From: Chiloscyllium plagiosum
Taxonomy: Eukaryota
Direction of reading: 5' to 3'
Assembly (NCBI RefSeq): GCF_004010195.1
Contig: NC_057719.1
Span: forward strand, 28,868,556 to 28,932,555
DNA: 64,000 nucleotides
Below are positions 34,497 through 48,500 of this stretch, piece by piece (positions within the stretch are counted from its first letter, which is position 1; the number at the start of each line of letters is the position of its first letter). A model generated the notes under the pieces. That model was not told the origin of the DNA. It did no database searches and saw only the letters and a list, made by a program, of their open reading frames with translations. The translations under genes and the position numbers were made by a program.

Positions 34497-37315
34497 ATGT
34501 CAGCAAGGATAGGTGCAATAAGGCCAGTGGTGCTCAACTTGTGCTGAAACACAGCCAGTCAGACCCCTTGTGTGAGCCGACAATGCACCTCCAAAGTGTG
34601 GGAAACACTAACCGAACCGGTTCCTCTGAGTGGCTTGAGTTGGGTTTCCCATGCCATTGTCTTTGCACTTTACGTGAGTCAATTATTCCTGGAATAGCTA
34701 AGCAAGTGATGAAAAGGCTTACCTGTAATCTCTAGCACTACTGAAAAGTAAAGGGCGAAATGAGATATTTCAGTCATTATCTTGGCTCGACTTACCTATT
34801 TTTCTGGCAGCCACCAGTGAGGTTCTGAGAACGTCCCGCCAAGGGAAATTCAACAGTGCAAAAGCAGCTATTGGTTTAAAATTATTTAGAATTTAAAACA
34901 GTAATTTATCTTTATATAAATGATCTCCCACTAATTTGCAGCAAAAACCATTGAGTTTACAACATCAATTCATATATGTTATACAGCAATGTAATTGCAT
35001 GTTTAAATTAAAATTAAATTAAATTTAAACTTCTTGTCTTGCTTCATATTCTTTCTGTTAATAGTGGGCATTGAAATATTCTATACAAGGAAATAACCCT
35101 GTATAGAACTTTATTGTGAAGCTGATTACATCTCACTTTTTGGTTCCATTGTGGAAATAGGCCAAATAGTGTGAACAAATTATATGATTTTAACAGAGTT
35201 GGTCAGAAAAGTAAAAATCTTTGCTATTGTAGCCAATTTTAGTGGAATTATGTACCAATGCAATATGAAAAAAAAATTGTATTATATGGCGAAGTAACTA
35301 CATCCGGCCACTGAAAAATACAGTCACAAATGCCATTGTGCGGAGCAACAGAGAATATGGTGTCAAAGTTATACTAAGTTAAGATACAATATAAATACAG
35401 GTTGTTGTTGCAAAGGAATAAACTAAAGGAAGAGAGTTGATGAAATGAAATTCCCAAACAACTGAAAAAGAAACAACACAGCATAGAAAAACCAAAGGCC
35501 ATAAAGGAAAGATAACATGACCAAAGAAGACAATTGAACATTTGCGCAATCTGAAAAATGAAGACAACAGCAACTCCTCATCAGAGCATGCCATTGAATT
35601 TAATATATAATATTCTAGTACTTGTAATAACTAAATGATATCATAATATTTATAAAGTTACTTATAATGGACACTCTAGCAACAGGCATGTTCAAAATTT
35701 TCTGCTTGATGTGCACACACTTTAACTGTGCTCTCTTTAGGTAAATACAATTAATTAATAGTTCTTTGTTTTCTGAATCAGTCATTGTAGATGCACTTGA
35801 ACATGTTGCAAATTGAAAATGTAATCATGCAAATTACTTGTAAATTTCCAGTAATAATTTTACATGTTGAGTACTGTGTGATTGCATGAGTCTAAGGCAA
35901 AGGCTAATATTCATACAGATCACAAGACACACAACCAGTGAAAACATGTAAACCTAATGATCTAGACACCATTGATTGATCATTTTATCAATTTCTGGGA
36001 ACAGGCTACACTGTTAATGATCTCATAGCCCTTTGCAGTCAAGTCAAAGCATCTACCTCAATTCATAGTTAACCACTACTAGCACTTTAATGCCTAATTT
36101 CACAATGACAGTATATTGGAATTTTTGTACATAGGTACGTGGTGTTATAGTAAAGTAGCAAATATTGTGTGGGGTAAGCTAAACACAGTTGATTGTACAT
36201 GTTGCTTACCTAAACGGCTTGTCTATCACAATAAAAACAGAAAATGATGTAAATTTGAACTAAGTCTGTAAAGGGAAATACAATATAAAATTTCAAATAA
36301 ATGTATTTCTCTGAACTGTTTTCTATTAAATCAGCAGCCTTTCATACTGCAACCATATTCCTCAAGAAAATGACTGCTGGTGAGAAGGAAGAATTGTGGA
36401 GAAACCCTAAATTCTTTTAATAACTTATGTTATCCTTTATATTTTCCAGATTTTATATACCTGTACTCAATAAACATCTTGTATGTTTTCTCTCTTGATA
36501 CCGTAAGTCAGAGAATAGACAAATGTGGTGACCTCTTGTTAGATCCTGTAACATGGACAATCATTCTGTTTTGTGTCTAAATAATGAATACCGCTGTTGT
36601 CAACATACTTCAAACTACTTTGAAACAAGAATATTATATTATCCCCAGAGTTTTATTGTTACTTATTTACTGTTTATATTTGGACAATTGTTCCTGTACC
36701 TGACTGATAAAATAAAGCCACTTTAACATTGCTATCTGTTATAGTTTTTGTCTTATCCTGATTTTGCTTCAAAAATAACAATACATCATTCTTTACATAA
36801 AACAACCAAATGACACTTTGCAAGGACATTGCAGGACCCAGCTGAAAGTTCATTTGAAGATCAAGGTTTTAAGAAAGGAATGTACAACTAGAGATGGAAT
36901 AAAGACTATCTTTGGGCACAATGCTGAAATCAGTACATTAAGCAATAGATAGTGTTGGGAAAGCCAGACTTAGAAAGTGGACTCAAAAAATGAAAGACGA
37001 AAGCAAATTGTAGAAGTCAGTTGAAGTAACAACAAAGTCCACAAAAGAGAATCTTCCTCCACTAAAGAGAGACAAATTGATCATATAACACGAAGAGCAA
37101 CACTCCAGATTGAGGCTGGGACAAGACAAAGAGGCCAACCGCCACAAACTATGACAGGCAGGTACTAGTGGTGTTGGCATCATTCGACACCATGAAAGAG
37201 ATTGGTAGATTTTTAGATATGGATATGGAGAGAAAGTGGAAATATGATGTTGTGCTAGACGATCAATCAAAACCATATTGAATGGCAGAAGTGCCTTGAA
37301 AGGCAAAATGGCCAA

Positions 37316-37487
37316 TGTTATGCATGTAGGTGGGGGTTGCTGCCCCTTTAAGAGAGTTGGTCAGGTTACCTACAGAGACAGAACTTCAGTCCAGTTTAGA
37401 ACCAGCTGTGTGAACAGTGTAAATACAGTGTTCCTGCTCAGATTGACTATTTGTCCACCTGGTACTAAAGAAACCATCAATATAACA
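37316..37487 (+). repeat. 5' LTR
   Basis: TGTTA...TAACA; shares gctgccc.tttaagagag.tggtcaggt.acc and taaagaaa.ca blocks with the 3' LTR. Confidence 0.9.
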
Positions 37488-37879
37488 ACTGGAGATGAGA
37501 ATGGGATGTACCCATGAGCTGTGAGCAAATGCCATTTTCTTTCTGAACAGAGGAGACATTACCCAGACTTTGTAAACAGCATAAAAAGGTAAATGTCGAG
37601 GGAAGCATTCGCAAGGGGATTCAAGCTGCTGTCGATGCCAGGAAAGAAGGTACCTGGGAGCAGGCTGAGAGCAGCTGTCAGGCTAATGGCTGAAAAAGAG
37701 AGTACGCACCCAGGAACTATTGGAGTCATTGCGGACAGTGGTTGTGAGGGGCCTTGGGCTGTGGGCTACCAGGGAGGAGCGGCACACTAGCACAGCCAGT
37801 GACAGAGTGGCTGAAGTGGGATTGTTCCCCAAAGGGACTTGGCTGCAAATGGCTACTCAATTTGAGTGATGGGAAAACA

Positions 37880-38510
37880 AAATGGTGGGCCATTTTGGAG
37901 TGATGGGATTATTTGATGAAAAGTCAGAAAATTGAACTTTATATACAGAACACTTTAATTTGCTTTTCATAGCAACCAAAGTGGCTGTGGACATCATTGT
38001 GTCAGTTTTTTATGTACCATCTGGTGCAAGGCCTTCAAACTTCTGCAGAGTCTGGTATCACCAGAGAAATCCAGGGAGGAGACATTCCAAGAGTGTGCAA
38101 AGTGTTAGAAAATTATTTCGAATCTAAGTCACTGATGATCATGAAACATTTCCGTTTTTACAAACAAGTACAGCATGCAGGAGAGTCAGTTGCCCAATTT
38201 GTGGCAATCTTAAAGAGGTTAGCAGAACATTGTGAATTCAAAGGTTCCTCCAAGGAGTCTTGCTGGACTGTTTGGTTTGTGGCCTCCAACTAAAATCCAT
38301 CCAACAGAAGCTAGTCACAAGGAGAGACCTGGATTTCAAGGCACCTTTTGAAATTGCTATCTTAATGGAGTTGACCCAGTTGGCCAACGATGCTCAGGTG
38401 CACCAAATAGTGGAAACTTGGCAAAGGATAGTACTGACTGTAGAATGCTGCCGATGTGGCAAGATTGGCCTCAGGGCGTCAATATGTTGTACTCGAGAAG
38501 CCCAATAAGG
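37880..38510 (+). pseudogene. Gypsy gag relic
   Basis: FRFYKQVQHAGESVAQFVAILKRLAEHCEF, DCLVCGLQLKSIQQKL, zinc knuckle remnant CCRCGK. Confidence 0.88.
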
Positions 38511-38590
38511 TCCATACCGCCAGCCAGGAAGTAGACAGAGAGTCAACTGGGTATGTGGGAGAAACAGAAGACCCAGCGTCAACAGAGTTT

Positions 38591-38882
38591 TGGGTGGCAT
38601 GGTGGCTCAGTGGTTAGCACTGCTGTCTCACAGCACCAGTGTCCCAAGTTCGATTCCAGCCTCGGGCGACTGTCTGTGTGGAGTTTGTACATTCTCCCTG
38701 TTACTGCATAAGTTTCCTCCAGGTGCTCTGGTCTCCTCCCACAGTCCAAAGATGTGCAGGTTAGGTGAATTGGCCAGGGTAAATTGTCCATAGTGTTAGG
38801 TACATTGGTCAGAGGGAAATGGGTCGGTGTGGACTTGTTGGGCCGAAGGGCCTGTTTCCACACTGTAGGGAATCTAACCTAA
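38591..38882 (+). mobile_element. HE1-type SINE nested in the Gypsy element
   Basis: Typical head, gttcgattcc B-box, tail. Confidence 0.93.
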
Positions 38883-39261
38883 ACATCCTGTCAGTATGGG
38901 ATGAGGCTGATCATTTCTGGGTTCTTCCCAAAGTAGAGAGAAAGATACTAAAAATGTGTGCAGTGGTGTCCCAGGTTCCCAAATAAGTCTATAGGGAGAA
39001 GTTGAGGGCATTACCATCGAAGCCTGCCAGATTACAACACAGGTATACAAATAACAAGTGAAGGGCTATGTATGGGTGAAAGCACAGTTAAGGGACCAGT
39101 GGGCAGTAGTGCCATATGATGGAGTAAAAGACAAATATCCTACATTGCTTGGACATTCCTCATTACAAAAATTAAGATTGAACCAGGGTGTGGTTTGTGG
39201 ACTGATGGACTCAAACTCCCATTGCAAGAGATCCTGGACAAGTACAAAGATTTTATCATAG

Positions 39262-39590
39262 CATCCCCACAGTGTGAAAATATGCCCTTCGGCCCAACAA
39301 GTCCACACCGACCCTCCAAAGAGTATCCCCCCAGACCCAGTCCTCTACCATTCTCTATTTCCCCTGATTAATGCACCTAGCCTATACATTCCTGAATTTA
39401 GCATGGCCACTTCACCTAACTTGCACATCTTTGGACTGTGGAAGGAAACAAGAGCACCCAGAGGAAACCCACGCAGACACAGGGAGAATGTGCAAACTCC
39501 ACACAGACAGTCGCTCAAGGCTGGAATCGAACCTGGATCTCTGGTGCTGTGAGGCAGCAATGATAACCACTGAGCCACTGTACTGCCCAT
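39262..39590 (-). mobile_element. HE1-type SINE nested in the Gypsy element
   Basis: Reverse-complement head and body. Confidence 0.92.
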
Positions 39591-39594
39591 AAAG

Positions 39595-41954
39595 ATGTCT
39601 TCAAAGGAAGTCTGGGAAATGAAAGGAGTTGAAATTAAATTACAGTTGAAGCCAGACGCTCATCCTCGGAATTTGAAGGTGCACCTGGTACTGTATGCCA
39701 TGTGGCCTAAAGTAAAGGTGGAACTGGAACAGTTGGTGAACTTGAGAGTGTTGGAGCCAAGAATCGCAAGTGAATGGGTCACTCCCATTGTTCCGGTCTT
39801 AAAAGCAAATGGAGCAATGAGGATTTGTGAGGATTTTAAGGTCACAGTCAACCAGCCCTATGTGTGGATCAATACTCACTTCCACTCGTTGAGGATCTGT
39901 TCAGTGGACTGGCTGGGGGCAAGCAATTCTCAAAAATTGATCTACCTTAAATCTACTTGCAGGTGGTGGTCACGAAGGAGTTTCAGCCACCGCTGATAAT
40001 AGTGAGACACGGGATTTTTCTGCTACAAGCATCTTCCTTTTTGCATCACATCAGCACCGACTCTGTTCCAGGAGGCCATGGATCAAATTATAATATTAAG
40101 TGGGTCACCAGGAGTCCAGTGTTATCTGCACAGTAATTTGATTACTGGATCCTCTGAAGAGGAGCATTTGAAAAATTTATAAGAAACCCTAAAAAGATTA
40201 CAGAAGCACAGCCTGCAAGGAAAAAGGGAGAAATGCAAGCTTTTTAAAAGACTCCATAGTGTACCTGGGCCATTTAATCTTTGGTGAGGAACTACACAAG
40301 GCAACCTAGAAGATAGAACTATCATGAAGACCCTTATATGAGAAACCGTGTCTTAACTGAGATGGTTCTTGGGACTTGTAAGTTACTATAGCAAGTTCAT
40401 GTGCAATCTGGCAACTATACTAAAACTCTTGCATTGGCTGCTGGGAAAAGGACGGCCTTAGAAATGGACCCCGGAATGTGAAGAAGCTTACCGGGAGGAG
40501 AAGTATGCATTGAAAAGGTCAGGAATTGTTAATTCGTTTCAACCTGAGGTTGTCACTACAGTCAATATGCGGCGCCTTGCCTTATGGAGTTGGTGCTGCA
40601 CTGTCACATGTTTTACCAAATGGAGAAGAAAAGCCCATTGCGCTTGCATCGAGTTCACTAACAAACTCGGAGGAGAATTATGCTCAGGTTGAAAAAGAAG
40701 AATTGAACGTCGTATTGAGTGTTAAGAAGTTCACCCACGTCCTTTAAGGCAGGCACTTCGTGTTATTGACCAACCACAGATCTCTAACCTCCACCTTTGG
40801 CCCGTATTCATGAATACAGATGGGTACTGGCTCTGTCAGCCTATTCATATGAAATCGAATACCGACAGGTGGAGAAGAATGGAAATGTAGATGCCTTATC
40901 AAGGCTGCCACAACCACTATTGCGGAATAAACATGTTTCCAATTGGACTCTGAAAATTATGTACTTTTCCCAGGATGACAAGGTGCCTGTGTTAGTGAAT
41001 CTGGTGTGGAACGCTAATTGGATCAATGTAGTTTTAAGCCAAGTGGTAAACTTGGTCCTGAGAGTGAAGACCAGTTATGGAAACTACCCAGAATTGTGCC
41101 TTTCTCTGCCAAGGAGGTAGGTGTTGTCCATATCAGACAGGTGTTTAATGTGGGGAATCAGCATTGTTATCTCTCCCCCATTTAGAGGAAAGGTGCTGGA
41201 ACAAATGCACCAAAGGCACATTAGTAAAAAAGGCACTTACCATGTCTTCACCCATGGGAGTGGCATCTTTAATTGTGACAGCAAATTCAGGTCAATTTTG
41301 CAGGACCAGTAGAGGAACAGACATTCTTAGTGGTCATGGATGCCCACTCCACGTGGCCTGAGGTGGCGGTCATGAAGTTGGTATCAGCAGAAGCACTAAT
41401 AGACCAACTGGATGAAATATTTGCCAGGTTCGGGAACCCCAGACAAATCATGAGTGACAATGGTCTACAATTTGTGGCACAGGAGTTCAAGGAGTCCCTT
41501 GAAAACCATGGAGTCAGACATGTGAGATCAGTTCTGTACCACCATGTGACAACCGGTCAGGTGGAGAGACTTCTTCAAATCCTGAAACAGACTTTAAAGC
41601 CCTCACAAGGGGAGGAGGTGCTCGAATGATGACTCAGCAAGTTCCTCAGCATGTACAGGAACAAGCTAGATAACAGCTACACAGTGTTTGCCAGTGTCCT
41701 TAATGTTCAACTGTCAGCTGAGAATCATGTTTGACTTACTGCGGCTGGAAGAGACCAGATATCAAGATGGACAGACGGTCAGAAGGCTGGATACCTCAAG
41801 GTTGAGGGTATTCCACAGAGGAGAGACCGTATTGGTCTGGAATTACATGTCAGGGGATAAACAGATTCCAGTGGTGATTGTGGCTCAAACAGGACCATTC
41901 TCATATATGGTACAGATTAGGGATGAACTTGTCTGGAAGAGGCACGTGGTCTAG
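39595..41954 (+). pseudogene. Gypsy pol relic (RT, RNase H, integrase)
   Basis: SEWVTPIVPVLKANGAMRICEDFKVTVN; YGVGAALSH...EEKPIALASSSLTNSEENYAQVEKE; NVDALSRLP; DAHSTWPEV..FARFGNPRQIMSDNGLQF..GQVER; many stops and frameshifts. Confidence 0.95.
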
Positions 41955-42373
41955 CTGATCGCTGCACCTCACCAATGAGGGAATGTCCCTCAGAATACCA
42001 AGCCAGTTCAGTTGATGTTGACCGAGTCATGTCTCTGAGCCAGGGTTGGCCACACCCAAGAGAGGAGACAACAGCAGCCTCACAGGCAACAACAGCCAAT
42101 CAGAAAGGAACATACCTGCAGAACAATAGAAGCTTCCAGAAGCTTGGGAGGCTACACTAGAAAAGGTACCTGAGACAAGGAGACAATCTTTGAGGTATTG
42201 CCATCTCTCTGAGAGACCGATCTGTCAATATAAGATACAGAAAGGTCATTCTCTTTTTCCATGTTTTGTTTGGTCATGCTCCTGACAATGTTGTGAGCTA
42301 CAATGTTTGTATAATGGTTTTAATTGTTGTATGTATGCTTATTAATGGGAGTTTCAAAATAAAGAGGGAGGGG

Positions 42374-42562
42374 TGTTATTGTAGTTGAGGCTGCTGCCCT
42401 TTTAAGAGAGCTGGTCAGGTGACCCAGAGGGGCAGAGCTTGGGTCCAGAATAGAACAGGCTGTGGATGTGTGAAGTAGTATATAAAGTGCTCCAGTTCAG
42501 ATTTACAATTTATCTTCCGAGTATATATAATTCTTGTTTTTAAAGAAAGCACTAACATTACA
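42374..42562 (+). repeat. 3' LTR
   Basis: TGTTA directly after the PPT, ends ...cattaCA followed by gccta. Confidence 0.9.
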
Positions 42563-45500
42563 GCCTACTCCTGTTCCTAACCCCTATATTTCATCTATGT
42601 TAACTGATTCCCACGTAAATACGTAAAGAGATTAGGAAACCAGACTGAAGACTTTAAAACTAATATGTGAGATAGAAAAAACAATAATTAAATGGCTTGA
42701 GAAGCTGAATTGCCTACTTCTGCTTGTAGTTCTTATGTTCTTCTATTCTTAAAGGTTCATGAAATGAGGTGCTAAACCACAGTACTTAATAGAGATGGAT
42801 CTACGTAATGATCTCTGGATGAATTGGAGCTTGTGTAAGGTAGAAATTGGGAAAGTTGCAACTGAATACTTGGGGAGGCCAAGTCATAACTTGACAAAAC
42901 TTTTGATGAGAGTTATGTTGTATGTTTAGCATATAAAAATTGGCAGAGAATTTTCTAAGTATGGAAGCTGACAATTCTGGAAATGGATGGGAGATTTAAA
43001 GCTGGACTTACATCAAACGTAATGCTGAGTGTTGAGCCAGGGCTAGGGGCAGAATGAGTACCAAATGTGTAAGTCTTCTAAATAAGGACCAACAACTTGG
43101 CTTGAATTTTGCCAGTGATATCTGGCAAGATTTCTAGCACATCCAGGCTTTGATATGTAATTGGCGCTGATATAGCATAATGTGTGTCATTGAGTGAACA
43201 ATAGAAATGGAGATGCAATATTAGAATCATTGACACGCATATAGACAACAGTTCCATATTTATGAATAATATCTCTGATTGGAAACCTGTAGGCAAGTTA
43301 TTTTGATTGTTGCCCCATTTGCTTTCTGATTTTCATGTTTAAAATATTGGGCAACATTTAGTTATAATGTGACAAGATTGTTATCATGCTTGGTGCAATG
43401 AGTTAAATTGGTGCATTTTTCTCTTAGTAACTAAGAATTATCTCTTCAAGATGCGTGTGGAAAGTACCTTTATACAGGAGACACCATGAAAGCGTTATTA
43501 ATATATAATCTCACATAACTAAACCACATATTAATTATTACCACAACAAAAGTATTCACAATTTACCCACTTGATCAAATGCATCACAGAGTTTTCAAGG
43601 TAATGAGAACAGATGGTGCAATGGGATATATCTCTGGAGTCTTAAGTTTAAATCCAGCTTAGCCTGTTGGGATACAAACATTTTTTTTCACTGCCAGCTA
43701 TTCAAAATGCTTTGGAGAATCACAATGTAGTCATTCCTGGGTATAAACAACAACTATGCATTTATAATGTTGCTTTACTGTAAATTGTCCATGGGAACAA
43801 GATAGATGAAGTGTTTACGGCAATCAGCTGAAGGCATAGCCTAAAAGAAAGTGGTAAGGAGGTATTTTTGGTGGGGGGAGGACGGTGGTGAGGAAAGTTG
43901 CAAGGTGGAAGAATTTAATAAGGGAGTTCCAGACACATGGATTTAAATTAATACTCACAATCAAACAAATCACAAGGATTTGGAAAGTGGAACCTTTGAA
44001 ACAGCTGATCAAAGACATAACCCAAAGACAACAAGGACAAATTACTAAAATATTTGTTGATTTTATAACTTGTTGAGTCATGCGGATTCTTTTTTAGTGG
44101 GTGCAAAGGCAAAACAGGCCGTCTGAGGTTGCATGACTGCATGCCCTTGTCGGCATCTGTGGGATCTAAGGTTCTGATGAAAGAAAGAATGTAACTGGAG
44201 AAGTGAAGACAGGAAGAAGAACCATATCCAATTAAGTTGGACCAGGAATGTAAGCAAAATAATAAATAATGGAACTGAAGGAATAAATGCTAAGGCAGAT
44301 CTTTTTTTAAAAAAAATGGTCCATGGAATGTAAGCAAATAAATAAGTAAAATAATAAATAAATAGAGAAAAGGTATCTTTATCAAATGAACTTCAGTACT
44401 GAGAAAGAGAATTAAAGATTTGTATTTCTTGATTTCATTCCTAATATTTTCAACATATCTTAGATCTCTCATTCACTTGTAGTTCAATTGCTACTGATGA
44501 ATGTGACAACTTACAACAAAAAATGATTTAACTGCTTATTGCATTGTTCAGCTTCTAGTAAATTTGATTAAAATGTTACTTGCCATCAATATGTCAAGAT
44601 CTGAACAGAGGAAAAAAATCCATTAAACATGACTTTGTATAAAAGATTTTTTTTCCCCTGCTTTTGGCATTAAATTAGCTCTTGTTATAAATAAGGCATG
44701 GATAAGGCCTGAAATTAATTTCATTCAAAGAGATGGACAATTAAAATTGTTGCCTATTCCAGTTCAATAGTGGCTAGTGGTGAAATTCTGACTGCTTTTA
44801 AATCATCGCCAGATCATTAAAACTTTCTTGAGTAATATGTGAATGAATGAAAGCAAAGAATAGGCCATTCTATTATGCATATTGTGGGTCATCTGCTTGT
44901 TGAAACACTCATGTTTTAGGGATTATTAGACTGTTAATATATGTTTACTTAACCCATAGCTAGATAAGACTTTCAAAATCTTCTTGTTAAAGTTTAAATT
45001 GTCAGATTTGTTTCTGACAGAAATTGCTAAATTTCAAGTGGCACTTTGTTTTACAATTAAACCATTCGAAATCAGAACAATTACTTGTCTTTTGTATTTT
45101 TTACTTTATTACTTTTGTCAATTTGACAAGCTATGAAATAAATAAAGGATATCCTACCAGAAGCTATATAGCTATTAAATTACTTGACATTTGCTATATT
45201 TCCGTCACTTTTCTCTCAGCCTGAAACTAAGGTGCTAGGACTTGCTCAGATTGGGATCTTTGGCTACTGACAGCCATCATTCTTCATTTCTGTAATATGA
45301 GTTTCCGGACTACACAACTGTGGAGGGTAGCACAATTCAACCCAGGTCTGTCCTCACTCAATGTCCACACATGTGCACTTTCCAGCAAGGGTCACTGGAT
45401 ACTGATCAAGAGCAGGAAGCCTGAATTTTTCCTTTATAGCCCAAGGACACTAAGGCCAATTGTAGTACACTAAAGTTGCCCCAGATGAAGCCAAATAACA

Positions 45501-48500
45501 CAGCGCAGATTCAATGTCAACACCAGGACCTCCTGCTCTGCACAATATAGCATCAGATCATTGGGCACAATAATCTGCAGAGGTTAACATATTGCATTTT
45601 TCATATATTAATTTTCTTCAATTGGTACATTCAGTTATTGCCTATTTGTCTGTTCCTTCATTTGTCCATACCAATATATCACAAAAAATTTTAATAAAAC
45701 ATAGTACACAGATCAAACCAAAGAATAACTGAATAGTTTTTAGCAGAGATGCAGAATCAAATTTGGATCCCAGAATTTTTTAAAATAGGTTCATTAACAT
45801 TTTTTACAACGTTGTGGGTTGCTCATTTAAACTTGTTGATTTTGTTTTACAGTGTCAGAGATTGTCTCAACTACTGTGGTGCAATTTGTTACAGTTGTGA
45901 AAACGTGAGCAGAGCTTTCAGAGCAGATTGTTTGATATAGACTAGACTGAAGTTGCCTCAATTAGTTGGAAGCTTTCAATAAAAATATTTTCTCTTTAGC
46001 TTTGTAGCTACAAGACATCATCTAGGTAGGGAAATGACTCCAGGAACAGCTGTAAAAACACAAAAACACTGAGTTAACACAGCATGGTATATATATATAT
46101 GTGCTCCACTGTGTGTCCTCTCAAGTTGTTTACTGTTTGTTTATATCGCAACATACAAAAACAGACAAGTCTATCAAGCTTGTTACATTCTGACTCAGTA
46201 CAAATGACATGGATAATAAAAGGCACTCCATCCCATGCCCATTTGCACAAATGCTTGAAAGAAGCATAAAAATTGAGAATTTTTTAAAAAGTTAGGCTAG
46301 TTTAGGGAAGTCAAAAACTTCCAGGAAATTATTCTATAACCACTGAAAATATTCAATCAAAGTTCGGAAAATTAACTTAATTGAAGTTTCTAGTCCCAGT
46401 TAATCCACTTACTACAACTCTCTTCTGCATGATTGCTCTGGATTGAAAGCAAAGTGCCAATTTTCCCATGTATGCTGAAAACACCTAGCTGCCATGTCTA
46501 CTCCTTCACTCTTGTTAAATTATAATGATGTTTACCTGGCATCCAGTATTAGATTATGTAAGAGTATGTATAGGAGTCACAGATTACCTAGAAGAAGATT
46601 GAGCTCACAATTATTTTGGAATAGTTTGCTAATTAGTTTATTAGTAAACCAAAATACATAAACTAAACAGACAAGGAAAAATACAACCCATGGTGAAGTC
46701 AGTTTACTGGTCCCAGAGTGTGGATGCAGCTAATGTTTGGTCTAGCAGGATTTCCTCTCAGTCTTTCTCTATCCGAAGAAGATTGACAGGACATGGATAT
46801 CTCTGAAATACTCTGTCAGAAGATATTTATTTTTCGACTTATGAGAGCCAGTCTTTGACTTTTTCTCAGATTGTTGGTTTATACATGGGTCATGAAATCC
46901 AACCTTACCAGTAAGGGCTAGTTCCTGGCAGAATTAATAGACAGCAAACTGCAATGAAAGATTTCTTTATAAAATATCTTTAATAATCAATTAAATATCT
47001 GTTTATTTTACAGTGGTTTCTTACAATGAATAGAAATATCTTCCAACTCACTCTCTCATTGGGAAGACCAAAACAATTACTTTTAATCCTTACTCTAAGG
47101 TCTGTTTCCTATTTAATACTCCATTCTTCTCACTGGCAATAATCTGAAATTAAGCCTGTCTATATGCAATTGTGATATCTCATTCGACTTTGAACTTCTG
47201 ATCTCAAGCTCACGCCATCACTAAGATATCCATTTCCACCTCCTAATATGTTGCTTCTTGTTTTAACTTTTTCAAGGCCTACCCCCCCCCCCCCCCCCTC
47301 CATTTAGTTCTCTTAGAGCTGTAATGCTAATTCAGACCTTCATTTCTCCTCGATTTGACTAGTCCAATGTTCTTTTGGCTGGTCTCCCACATTCAATGCT
47401 CTGTAAACTTAACATTCTTAACTTGCACCTCATGCTATCACCCAGTATGTTAACCAGTGTGTTCAGTGACCTACTTTAGTTCCTGATTAAACAATGTCTT
47501 GATTTTAAAAATCCCATCTTATTTCCAAATCTGTCCATTGCCTCAGTTCTTCCCTTGATTGAGTTTGGAATTTTGGGGATTGTCTAAGTTGCTGTGGTGC
47601 AATTTGTCACAGCTGTCAAAATGAGCACAGCTTTTAGAGCAGGTTCTTGGGTGAGGACTGGTTATCTCTTTGACCAAGTCGATGATCATTCAGTAGAATA
47701 TCTTCTTCTTTATAGGTGTAATATTTTGTTGCATAATGCTCCTGCGAAGCCCCTTTTTCATTTATTCATGGGATGTAGCAGTAGCTTGAGGCCAGTGTTT
47801 ATTGCGTATCTCTAATTCACAGAACAGTTAGACTGGAATGAAGGTTAATGTGACAAATTGTAACGGAGCAATGGGTTGTCTTAGTCAAGGTAGTCAAAAG
47901 GGAAAGGGAAGGAATACAAATCCAGAGAGCTCCCGACATAGAAGAGGAGATGGAACTGAAAATAAAGAACGTTGGTTTCTCTTTTTAATTTTCTGACAGA
48001 TTTGTTCCTCTACATCCTTCCCACTAGTTGGTAATCTATAGGCTACACTGAGTAATATAGTAGCACACCTTTTATTACTTAGCTCTAGCCAGAATGCTTC
48101 TGCTGTTGAAGCCCTGAGGTGTCCTCTCTCTTTCTAGCAGTGCAGTTCTTTCCTTAACCAATATCATCAACCTGACTTTTTTCCATCCTTTCTTATCTTT
48201 TCTGAATATCTTGAACTTGGAATATTTGTCACTCTGTCCTTCTCTTCCTTGAGCCAGGTTTCAGTTAAAACCACATCATATTTCAAAACAGCAATCTGCA
48301 TCTGCCCAATCATGTTTACTGTACTCTATGCATTATATGCACAGCAACTCTAATTTAGACTTCATTACTTTTGCCTTGATCCAAATACACATATTGATTT
48401 TCTATTCTCTACACAAGTGTTATCCAACTCTCCAAGTATTTTTTGACTCTGGTATTCCTCTCTAATATTCTATCTTGGTTCCCACAAATATGCTGAGTTA

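Larger units (their letters stand above)
37316..42562 (+). mobile_element. Full-length but decayed Ty3/Gypsy LTR retrotransposon
   Basis: Both LTRs, PBS tggagatgagaatgggat (37490-37507), PPT aaagagggagggg (42361-42373), TSD gccaa/gccta; gag-RT-RNaseH-integrase order; inserted in an old LINE tail (ggcc|tactcctgttcc). Confidence 0.95.

Noticed and set aside
35379-35594. Hydrophobic 71-aa ORF as a membrane protein or NUMT
   Set aside because: The T-rich strand gives hydrophobic translations in several frames; no recognisable motif.
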